Part shown: one piece after another, positions 10,569 through 20,000 of the stretch
Layout: each line of letters starts with the position of its first letter
Numbering within the stretch: position 1 is the first letter of the stretch
Source: Moniliella sp. 'wahieum'
Taxonomy: Eukaryota
NCBI GenBank assembly: GCA_003971905.1
Contig: RSEE01000018.1
Location: forward strand, 791,419-811,418
DNA: 20,000 nucleotides
Direction: 5' to 3'
Made by a program: the position numbers and the translations under genes
Notes under the pieces: generated by a model
Databases searched by the model: none
Told to the model about the DNA's origin: nothing
What the model saw: the letters and a program-made list of their open reading frames with translations, nothing else

Positions 10569-10730
10569 CAAGCTTGAAGCAGCTTGAAGCTTGAAGCTTC
10601 CAGCTTGGATTCACTAGTCTTCACTCGTCACTAAAGTCACTACTACTAGTCACTAGTCACCCCTCCCCTCCCCATTCATGCATTAAGCATTCCTCATCTC
10701 AGATCTCATCGATCTCGACCTCATCGTCGA
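10569..10730. repeat. Cluster of imperfect short tandem repeats (AAGCTTG, CACTAGT, GATCTC units)
   Basis: caagcttgaagcagcttgaagcttgaagctt; cactagt...cactactactagtcactagtcac; catctcagatctcatcgatctcgacctcatc. Confidence 0.7.
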
Positions 10731-13700
10731 CCGCCATTCATCCCCATCGAAGAGAGGCGAGAGAACGACAGCAGACGACGATGGGAGGGGACCGCTGAAC
10801 CCCAATTCGGGATTAGGGCGTGAGACCGCAGGTGCAGGAGCGACCTGACCCGAGGGCGGGAACGAGAACCAGCTTTGCGGGTGCGTTGAGGCCATGCCCG
10901 TCCTTGTCTCGGGGGGGGGATACGAAGTAGCACGTCCCCGCACCCGCACCTGCACCTGCACCCCCTGCAACTGGGCCCGGGGAGGCGTTAGACCAATTGA
11001 TGCCACACCCCCATCCCCGTCCGTCCCCATCCCCATTCCATTCCCATTTGCATTTCCATACGGATCCTGCACGCGCCAAACCAGGTGGAAGGAGCGACGA
11101 CCAAAACGAATCGGTTATCACTTGCTCGGGAAGAAAATTGGACTTGCTGTTGCCACGTGTTACTCCTGGTGCAACACACGACGTCACGGACTCAGTTCCT
11201 CCAGGCATAAATGGTAGACCCATCAGAAGTTGAACGGCCGTAGAGTAGTTCCCCAACGGTCCTTGCGATGGATCGAACGTGCCCCCCGTGGGATCGGATG
11301 TGAGAGTAGCAGGAACCGGGCAGGGGGTGGTGCAGTGCAGGCTGTCGCGTCAGTTGAACTTCCCATCGTCGTTGTGGCGTGAGGCACGTGCCTAGTCGTC
11401 GCTGGTTCGTCCACTTGAGTCGCATTTACACCCTTGTCGCGCTCGTCGTGCGAATGCAGAATGGCAAAGAGAAACGTCCCATACAAATGAGGCGTGTGGG
11501 TTTCGTTCACTGCGATCCGGGTTAGGAACGAGGCCAGTTGCCGAATCAGACCTAACATGTGTGTCTCGTTGCTGTACCCCGCAAACACGGGACGAACGAG
11601 CTGGAAAAGGAAAAGATGGAAGATGGTATGTTAGCTGTAAGGTCATCGTAGGCGTCGTTGGAACGTCGAGTGAGATACGCACTTTTAGTAGGAACACACC
11701 AGCGTAGGCGATAAGGAACTCCGAGTCGGGTGCATACCGCAGATCAGGCCCAAGCAGAGCAGCGCCCCGTAGTATAGACAAGGCGGCACTTTTGCAAACA
11801 AAGTAGTCTATACCAAGATCGAGAGTCAGAACGAACAAGCAAGGTCAAGCAACGTTTCGACAGGGAGGGAGGGGAACGTACAAGTAGGCTTTTCCAGTTC
11901 GGTCAAGTTGGGCTGATCGAGAAAACCGTTGGAGACCAAGTGAGTTCAAAAGAAGTACCGAGTAGTGGTACCGCATCGGTCCTTGGCGAACAAGAAAGTA
12001 AAGCGATCGCTCGAATACGTCGTTTTGAGAAGGAGGTACCTGAGATTGCCGTTTGCCCTCGTCGTCGGTCGGACCTAGCGATTCCAGTAACGCCGTGCTT
12101 CGTCCTGGGCGGCTTGGCGTTCAGGGGTCCGTCGGGTCGTGCAGCTAGCCTCGCTGGTGAAACGGCTAGGCTAGTGCTATTCCTATTCGACCCGTCGCTC
12201 GCGCCAGGCCCGGGGCCTTGCTGGAACCCATCAGCCGTGTATACCGTCGAGGCGGCCGGGACCGTGTTGCGACTGCGAAACTTTTGCACCAGGTTTTCAA
12301 GCCGCCAAGTTGTCGCCATTCGGCCAATTGACGACTGAAGATCTGCAGCACACTTTCATAGTCCGTTTCCAAGTTGAGCCCAGGCAGAGATTGGATGGAC
12401 GAATGTAGAAAGTCCATCTGCCGAGACTGGATCCGGTACAGTTCAACCAACGCTGCGATCCCCACGTCCCAGGGTTGAGACAGCGGTGCATACACCACGT
12501 ACGCACGTTGCGAACTACGGCTGCTTCACGAATAATGTACGCTTTCCCCGTTTGAGGCAAACATCCGGTCACGATAAAGCACATGTACCACGTCCTATCA
12601 CGGTTGAGCGATTCCCGCTCCATTCTCCCGGCTCGTTGGATTGCTAGCCTCGCCACCCTGGTCAGCATCCATCTTGAGCTTCCGGTCCAGACTGATGTCC
12701 GTGCTATGCGGATCGCGATGCCGGAAAAGAGCCAGGCGCGTGTCCTGGTCAATGTTGGGCGACGACTCGCCCCACAAGCTCAGCAAAGAAAAGCTTGTAC
12801 AATCTCCACGCTCTTCAAGCCGTTTTCCAGAGCCGTGAATGCACAGTTTTTCGCGTACGCAAGTGCCTTGGCATGCAGCTCGGGCCGCGGCGCGTAAAAT
12901 TGTGATGCAATACAGAGAATGACCGTGAAGAGCATTGGAGATCGGGAACGAACTGACTTGGGCGTGTGCCAGGTAGGGTCAAGTAAAAAGTGCATAGTGG
13001 TTGCATGAAACAAAGAAGATTCGGAACAGATCCGTCACTTCTTCTTCGGACACAACCCATCATCAGCATCGTTGGTGGAAGCTCCCGTTCAATCACAATC
13101 TTGCGCAACGAAAGAGACGAGATAAAACTCGGACGGAAGTAACTTCGATTCGCCACGCCCAACGCTGTTGTTTGTTCCCGACCTGTATTAGGCGAGTGGG
13201 GAGGACGTTGGGCGTCGCCTCGGACGGTGTAGAGCCCGCATGGGCCTCAGTTGCGGTGTGAGGTGACTTGTCTGTATGTGTGGCGAGCCCCCAGAGGAAC
13301 GAGGCCAAGTCTGACTGGTCAGACTGGCTTCCGCTAGCAAACCAAGAGGATCCAGCGCGTTGCGCGGTAACGTTTGCACGGGAACGTCGGGCAGGTTCCC
13401 ACCCGCACCAACTTCAGCTTGCCTCGGCGACTCGACATGCGTTGGTACTGGTAACATCGATCCAAAAGACTTCTCCTGCGCCTCCGTCCGTCTGCGCCCG
13501 TCTCCGACTCGATGGAGGGTACTGACTCTGCCCCCCGCCCGGTCCTTTACTTGCGGTCGCCGCGAAAGCGGGTCCCGCCAAGCCCCGTCCCGCGCTGGTG
13601 GGGTTGGGGGCTAGACGGGGTACGAGCAGCAGAAGCAGATGCATGAGGCGATACCGACGTGTCATGCACACGATCAGAATGGGCAAATGACATCGCTGCT

Positions 13701-14517
13701 GCCTTGCTGGAAGAACTGGCATTGGGAGTGGCCGCTGTGCGGCTATGCTGCGATGGCGACACATACGGTGGCAGTGACGCAGCAGGCGGTGGCGACCGGT
13801 TGGACGGCCTGGAATCCGGCGAAGGTTGCCCCCCTGCCGGCGCACGAACCTTAGAAGAATCGTATGCTGCTGATGGAGCCTGGGGGGGCAGGGGGACAGG
13901 AGATTGGCCCTGGGCTGAACCAATGGATTGCAGAACAATGGCCAACGTTTGTTCCATCTTATGGAGCGACTCGGCCATGGCCTCAGTTCGCTGGGCCTTG
14001 TTGCCCTTCTTTGCCCGGCTCGACTCTTCAAATACACACGTATGCCCACTCGCCCGACACCGCACGCACGGCGGACCATTTTCCCCGCCTGTACAGCGCA
14101 TCTTGAGACGGCGGCACGTGGTGCATGCCGCTGCGCCCCGTCGGCGTTTGGCAGGCGCAGTAGGATGGTGGTATGCATCCGAGTCGACAGGCGGGCGGAG
14201 GGATCAGTAGAGCTGCTGGCCGCAGCAGACGGGACGGTGGACGCGGACGCGTGTAAGGGCGGGGGCCTGTGGAACGGGGAGGGGGGCGCAGCGCGCGCTG
14301 CTGCTGGCGTGGGCGGGGGGGGCGTGGCGTGCGCAAGCGCAGCAGGGGTGGGGCGGGGGTGGGAGTAGGCGTAGAGGTGCGCGTCGGAGCGTCGCCAGCA
14401 CACTGTCGGACTGGTCGGAGGCGGTGCTGGAGCTGCCGTCGCTGGCGGCGCAGCGGCAGGGGAGGGCGCCGCAGGCCACGCGGGCCAGAGCGGAGGCGGC
14501 GCAGGGGCGCGCGGCAT
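10683..14517 (-). CDS. Zn(II)2Cys6 transcription factor with a fungal TF middle-homology domain (PriB-like); frameshifted, ends approximate
   Basis: Binuclear cluster [32 protein letters not shown] (about 14130-14030) and helix [114 protein letters not shown] start at 14517. Introns at 11808-11881 and 11601-11682. Confidence 0.88.
11601..11682 (-). other. Intron of the Zn2Cys6 TF gene
   Basis: Minus strand GTGCGT...GCTAAC...TTTTCCAG. Confidence 0.85.
11808..11881 (-). other. Intron of the Zn2Cys6 TF gene
   Basis: Minus strand GTACGT...CTGAC...TATAG; splicing gives [13 protein letters not shown]. Confidence 0.8.
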
Positions 14518-14588
14518 GGCGGCGGATGGCAGATGCGGATGGGCAGATGGGATGGGCATATGGGATGGGCAGATGGACAGATGGATGC
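14518..14588 (-). repeat. CCATC-based low-complexity repeat immediately 5' of the TF start codon
   Basis: + strand ggatggcagatgcggatgggcagatgggatgggcatatgggatgggcagatggacagatggatg. Confidence 0.75.
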
Positions 14589-15072
14589 GCTCCAAAGGCG
14601 TTTCGTTGGGCGAGGTGTGGCACCGCGTTTTTGTAGGCCGGTGTGGACGCGGCTAAGCCTCCGGCCCAGCGGCTCAGCCTTGCTCCGCCTCAGCAGCCCC
14701 CGCCTGCCCCGGCCCACCGCACCCGGTCCACCCGGTGCGCCCTTCAACCTTTCAGATCTTCAGACGCGCGCCCATCACGTGCTGCCTTGCCTCTCCCAGC
14801 AGCATTACGTCAGCCCACGCCCATTGGGACGGTCACGTGCACAGGATACACTGGCGCCATGCCACCCGGGGCGTGTGGCGCAGGCCACTGGCGCTGCGCC
14901 CAGCGGCGCAACCAGCCATGCGCGCCGCCCAGCAGCAGCACTCAAAGTCACCCGTCACGCGCGTCACGCCTGCCCCCTCATGCACCATGCACATCATGCT
15001 CCTTCCCGCTGTGGGGGCGCTGGCACCCCCACCTCCACCACCCCCCCACCTCCACCACCACCACCCACCACC

Positions 15073-16020
15073 ATGTCTGCCGCCGTGGAAGAGATTACGC
15101 CGCTTCAGGGCTACGTCGGCTTCGACTCCATCACCCGTCAAATCGAAAGCAAGCTGCTCAAGCGCGGCTTCCAGTTCAACGTCATGGTCGTCGGCCAGAC
15201 CGGGCTGGGCAAGAGCACGCTCATCACACCCTCTTTGCCAGCCACCTGATCGACACCAAGGGTCGCTTTCACGCCGACGTTTCTCCCCCGCTCCACCACC
15301 GAGATCCATCCGGTGAGCCATGTGATCGTGGAGAATGGCGTCAAGCTCCGCCTCAACATTGTCGACACGCCCGGATACGGAGACCAGATTAACAACGAGG
15401 GCAGCTGGGACCCCATCGTCAAGTACATCAAAGACCAGCACAGTGCTTACCTCCGCAAAGAGCTCACCGCCCTCCGCGACCGGTACATTACCGACACCCG
15501 CATCCACTGCTGTCTCTTCTTTATTAACCCCACCGGCCACAGCCTCCGCCCGATCGACATTACCGTCATGAAAAAGCTGTCCGAAGTGGTGAATGTGGTG
15601 CCAGTCATCGCCAAGTCCGACGGGCTCACTCTAGGAACGCGACTTGTTCAAACAGCGCATCCGTGCCGAGTTGGCTTTCAACGAAATCCGCCTCTACCCC
15701 TTCGACGATGCCAACTTGGACGAGGAGGAACGCGAGCTGCACGAGCGTATTCGCGACTTGATCCCGCTTGCTGTGGTAGGCTCCGAGAAAAGCGTAGTGA
15801 TCGATGGGAAAACGGTCATTGGTCGCAAATCCCGCTATGGCGTGGTCCAAGTGGAAAATGAAACCATTGCGAGTTTGTCTACCTGCGCAACTTTCTCACT
15901 CGCACCCATCTCCAAGACCTGATCGAGACTACGGCTCACATCCACTACGAGTCGTTCCGCTCCAAACAACTTCTCGCTCTCAAAGAGTCGAGCGCTAAAG
16001 CCCAGCAGACACCACAGTAA
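15073..16020 (+). CDS. CDC10: Septin Cdc10 (AspD group), apparently intronless; frameshifted in the assembly
   Basis: [38 protein letters not shown] (P-loop); [64 protein letters not shown]. No C-terminal coiled coil, as expected for Cdc10. TAA 16018-16020. Confidence 0.95.
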
Positions 16021-16475
16021 CTTGCCCTAGTAGCGTTTCTCTCTCTTGTTGGAATCGACAGCTATATGCTTGATGGCATTCCTTCTGTAACCCCCCCCCC
16101 TCAAACGCCATTATATGCTCTTCGTGTTTTTTTTTTTTCCTTTTCTTTTCCCCACCTTTCCTTTCAGCAAAACGACTTTCCCACAGAAAACCAGTTCTAT
16201 GCCTCTTCTCTCGTGAATTACAAGGGGCTGAACCTCAAGCTTCACATCATCTGTCACAGTTGCGGGCGGTTCCCTTACACCCCGTAGAACTCCCTTAATT
16301 GCCCAGGTCCTGCGCCTATTCTGGTAAGCACGATGGCAGCCATATGACGGTGTTCCATCTGCGGCAACCAGCGTACTGCATGCATTCGTCCCCTGCGCTC
16401 CGTCTAGAGCAATTGTATAGAAGAGGTTACACATGCCTTGCAACTACCAACTGTCCATACGGATGGAAGAGAGGT

Positions 16476-17581
16476 TCAACTGGTATGATTAAGGAAAGTC
16501 TTGGGGGGGCGGTTCAACACCACCAAAGCCGACGCAGCAAGTTGACGACGCACATCGTGCTTGTCTACATCGTGCGTATCCTCCACCTCGCCCCATCGAT
16601 GGATTTGGGCATTAACTTCGACATGCGAAGCCTGGCCGCTTGCTCCGCATCAATCACACCTTTTACCAACGCCAATCCAACAAGGTACGACTTGCTCGTC
16701 ATCACCGCCCGCTCAAATGCAGCAAACGCCAGCGGATCCACTCCGGCTACGCCTTCAGGCGCTGCACCAGCAGCTGTAAGTGTCGGCTTGGTCGATGTAG
16801 CGTCAATCGCTGCCGCACGTAGAACTTGGTGCGTCTCATCAGACTGCGGAGCTGCAATTACCACCCCTTCGTGCTCCACGATCGGCACCTTGAACGTCTC
16901 TCGCGCCCAAGCAAGAATCGGCGACCACCACTGTTGCTGCAACTCAACTTGAACCGGAGGTGCGTCCGCAGGGAAACAAATCGTATCCGTGTCAAGGTAA
17001 GGCTGAAGCTCCTCCAATGCAGCCTCACGTTGAGCAGGCGTACGCAGACCCTCAATCGCGCGTGAAGCCAAGGACGTCTGGTAGTTGAAGCACTTCATGT
17101 CAGTCATGTCCAAATGCATGAGGGGGAAAAGGACAGAGACGTACAATCGGAAGTGAATGCGGCCTCAAAACCGTCTCGAGCTGGTCCCACTCCCGGGCAA
17201 GGAGCGATGCAAGTAGCGGTCGGTCGAGCGGGATGTGCAATAACTTTCGCTCGGGGGTACGCAATGGGCGTCCATCAAGGTGGATTTCCCAGTGCTCAGG
17301 AATAGCTGTGCCGTCCTTATCAACCGTAGGACCAGCACGGACGAGATTGGCGGTTTTCCAGAACCTGCGCGCAGCTTGGTTTTGGTTCGTGACCGGTTTG
17401 GCTGTGGTGGTCGCCGGCTGGGTCGCCGCCTCAGTGGCAATCCGCCCAGCTACAACGCTCGCGTGGAAAGCACGCTGCGCATACGACAGCCGCGCAGCTC
17501 CAACGCTCAGAGCTGGCCTCCACGTATCAACATGCCGCGACGAGCAGCGCGAAACGACGTCAAGCCAGTGCGGGCGAGCAT
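16476..17581 (-). CDS. ATP12: Mitochondrial F1-ATPase assembly chaperone Atp12; frameshifted, stop approximate
   Basis: Presequence MLARTGLTSFRAARR; RRFWK; IHLDGRPLRTP; LLAREWD; PHSLPI|TSLASRAIE across intron 17078-17144; YLDTDTICF; LQQQWWSPILAWA; AAFERAVMTSKS; EVNAQIHRWGEVEDTHDVD. Confidence 0.93.
17078..17144 (-). other. Intron of ATP12
   Basis: Minus strand GTACGT...CTGAC...CCAG. Confidence 0.85.
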
Positions 17582-17781
17582 GGCTGGCGGACGACGGAGA
17601 AGGGGACGGACGAGCGGCGGAAGGAAGAAGGTTGGGCCTGCGTCCTAACTGCGCCTGGGCCGGCGGAGCGAGCGACCTAATTCCGCCCTCCCCCCCACAC
17701 TTGGAGTTGGTTCCGCCCCAGCCTCCCACTGGCCAATCGCGTTCCATGCGGATTGTCGGGATAAGTACTCCCACCGCGGCC
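17582..17781. promoter_or_regulatory. Compact 200-bp bidirectional promoter between ATP12 and SEC72
   Basis: Divergent ATGs at 17581 (-) and 17782 (+); GGCCAATC (CCAAT box) at 17731-17738. Confidence 0.6.
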
Positions 17782-18480
17782 ATGTCCGCTCCTCAGATCG
17801 TCCAAGCCGGCCTGCCCGCCCCAACCGAGGAGCAGATCGCCTTGTCCGACGCGTCCTTCCAAACCGTCGACCTGTCCTTTGACCCAACCGGCAAGCTCGT
17901 CTCGCCCACCCACAACCTCGACCTGCTCAACCGGATCGTCAATGCCCTTGGCTCTCTGCCCCCCACCGTCCCCTTCCCACCCTCCCAACGTCGTCCCACC
18001 CCAACGCGCCATCGTCGTATCCTCCAAAGAAAAAGGTAATGCCGCCATGAAGGCAGACGACCTCCCTGAAGCAGTCAAGTTCTACACGCTCGCTGTTGAC
18101 TTGAGTGCTACCCGTCCACTGTGGGAACCAGCTGCCCTGGCTAGCGAGGAACTGGCCATATGCCTCTCCAACCGCTCCGCAGCCCTCTGTGCCGCTGGAG
18201 ACTTTATTGCCGCTCTGGCTGACGCCGAAGCTGCGGTGCAGTTGCGTCGCCCATGGCCTAAGGCCCATTACCGTAAGGCAAGGCTTTGGCTGGCCTCGGA
18301 CGATTCCAGAAGCAAGAGAGGCGTACAAGCTGGTCAACAGTTTGATCCGGAAAACCCAGTGTGTATACAATTTTTTTTCTTCTTTTCCCCTATGCCTCCC
18401 CCCCCGCTGGCAGCTAACGTGCTCCCACGCAGGATTTCATCACTGCTTTAAAAGAGCTTCCCCGTAACGAGCGGCCATGA
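17782..18480 (+). CDS. SEC72: Sec62/63 complex TPR subunit Sec72; frameshifted in the assembly
   Basis: PPPNVVPPQR..KEKGNAAMK...EAVKFYTLAVDL..TRPLWEP..EELAICLSNRSAA..ALADAEAAVQLRRPWPKAHYRK, matching fungal Sec72 TPR motifs. Intron 18359-18432; last exon DFITALKEL...TGA 18478-18480. Confidence 0.85.
18359..18432 (+). other. Intron of SEC72
   Basis: GTGTGT...GCTAAC...CGCAG; splicing joins DPENP to DFITALKEL. Confidence 0.8.
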
Positions 18481-18854
18481 GGTCCAGAGGCGATCGATGG
18501 TTCGCCTACTTCACTGCATACCGTCCTTCGGCCCAAACAAGCATATCTGTTCTGGGTCGCACCGCTCATGGTGATAGATAGGTAGCGGCCGAAGGTGTGG
18601 TAGATGGCAGAGAAGGTGGTGCCTGCCATTTTTTGTGCTTTAAACTTGTCCCTGGTCGGTGCGGTGCTCCGCCACGCGGGGGACAAGTTGTGTTTGAAAG
18701 TTGCATCGGCGGTGGTGGGGCACGCAAGCGAACGCAAGCATAGCACGTAGGACAACCCACCAACCTCCGTCGTCTCCGATCCGACACGCACAGTCCCCAC
18801 CACCACCACCTAGCCACCTAACCTTGCCCGCGTCGTGTTCGTGTGCTGAGTCCC

Positions 18855-19908
18855 ATGCCGAACCAGCAGGTCCGCGCGCAGCACACTCACTCCCCACCAC
18901 CGCCAGCGCACTTGTCCCGTCAAATTCACATACCACCCTCCCCGACACAGAGGCCTATCTTACCCTCCTGCTCGCTGACTCGGGCTTGCCCACAGGTGCG
19001 CCCCCTTGGTTTCCTTCAGTGCCGACCTTGTTCCTGGTCCTGTCCTGGTCCTGGTCCTGGTCCTGTCCTGTTCCCGCTGACCACAGACCTTTGACCGCTG
19101 ACCTTTGACTGTCCCTTTTTCCCAGGCGGATTCGTCGCATCAGCCGGGCTGGAGGCGTGGGCGTGCCATGGTCTGCTCGATGCCTCCATTGGCCATCCCT
19201 GACTGGGTTCGTACTGGAGAACGTAAGGACCTATGGGGCGCTAGCTGAGCCTTTTTGTTCCCATGCATGGGACCTGTGCCACGCAGCGCAGCTGGACACT
19301 GTGCCATCCCAGGTTCGCAGGATTGCCATGCTAGATGAAGACATTCATCGTGCACCTTGGGTCACGTTGCGCGCCGCGCTCGTTAGCCCAGGGCGGCGCA
19401 CTGCTCACCTTGTATGCCAAGTCGTTCCGACCAGCTACGCGCAACGATAGTCCAGCATCTTTGGTCATGCATCAAATTAAGACCATGGTCCGTATCGGTT
19501 CGACTCCAGGCCACTTTCCTACCATGTGGGGCGCGTTCTGCGCCGCCATTGGTCTCTCTCCCGATCACGCGCTATCGAGCTCCACATTTTCCTCCATGCT
19601 CGCGCGATCGTCTCGTCGGCCGTACGCTTGGGCACGGGATCAGTAGGTCCCTATGCGGCTCAGAACCTCCTCGTCGGCGATGTCCGGTACATCCTCGCTG
19701 CTCATACGCAAACTTTGCACCCGCCCAAACCTGCACCTTCCATCCCTCCCCCGCCATCGGCCGCTACAGATCCCGAGTGGGACTGGGACTGGCCCGATGA
19801 CGACCCGGCCTTGGGCGGGAAAGAAGGTACCTCACTACCACTTGGCCCCTCCTCGAACTCGTTCAGGGAAGACACGATGTACTACACACACGCTTGTTTA
19901 ACAGCTGA
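18855..19908 (+). CDS. ureF: Urease accessory protein UreF; frameshifted, start approximate
   Basis: Split across ORF-track entries: EAYLTLLLADSGLPT|GGFVASAGLEAW across intron 18996-19125; SLAQGGALLTLYAKSF; GHFPTMWG; LHIFLHARAIVSSAVRLG..VGPYAAQ. Signature C-terminus TTWPLLELVQGRHDVLHTRLFNS* (TGA 19906-19908). Confidence 0.93.
18996..19125 (+). other. Intron of ureF containing a (CCTGGT/CCTGT)n repeat
   Basis: GTGCGC...GCTGAC...TTTTTCCCAG; splicing restores LPTGGFVAS. Confidence 0.85.
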
Positions 19909-20000
19909 AAATGCATGGCCAGTACGATACATTGCTTTTTGAGTGAAAAAAGTGTGGGCATTGGTCATTAATCATTCCTCGTCACTCTCAATCACGACCT

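Noticed and set aside
8097..14517. Zn2Cys6 TF plus dehydrogenase as a metabolic gene cluster
   Set aside because: No backbone enzyme or transporter is present and the neighbours are unrelated housekeeping genes.
16017..16186. Possible intron starting at GTAACT over the CDC10 stop codon, with a pyrimidine tract and CAG at 16167 or 16186
   Set aside because: No good CTRAC branch site and no recognisable downstream peptide; a T-rich 3'UTR explains it.
18414..18629. Minus-strand ORF MAGTTFSAIYHTFGR... resembling the Qcr9 N-terminus, with AAAAAATG context
   Set aside because: Similarity stops after about 15 residues, with no TM helix or GKLWKD-like motif, and the ORF overlaps SEC72 antisense.
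18507..18650. Fragments resembling U1 (TACTTCACTG, GAAGGTGGT), U2 (ATCTGTTCT) and U12 (TGCTTTAAACTT)
   Set aside because: The functional motifs ACUUACCUG, GUAGUA, AUUGCAC and GAGUAAGGA are absent and the order is wrong, so it cannot be called a known snRNA.
296..19908. Pseudogene cluster or alternative genetic code
   Set aside because: The lesions are frame shifts, not in-frame stops at conserved sites; they hit essential genes too and protein motifs are undegraded.

Overview
Gene-dense fungal nuclear DNA, most likely an intron-poor basidiomycete (inferred from protein sequences and short GTRYGT...CTRAC...YAG introns). It holds the 3' end of an unidentified gene and nine recognisable genes: a DUF3405 membrane protein (+), ribophorin I/OST1 (+), NOP58 (+), a FAD-linked D-lactate dehydrogenase (-), a PriB-like Zn(II)2Cys6 transcription factor (-), septin CDC10 (+), ATP12 (-), SEC72 (+) and urease accessory UreF (+). 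All nine are broken by small indels, which points to unpolished long-read errors rather than pseudogenes, so the ORF track is fragmented and some gene ends are approximate. I found no mobile elements, CRISPR arrays, tRNA or rRNA, and no demonstrably new system. The best leads are non-coding: a highly self-complementary 1.4 kb gap after the DUF3405 gene (candidate structured RNA with weak telomerase-template-like strings), a hairpin cluster with an Sm-site-like motif after SEC72, and recurrent motifs (GCTGACRTAAT, GCTCACATG, TCATTAATCA).
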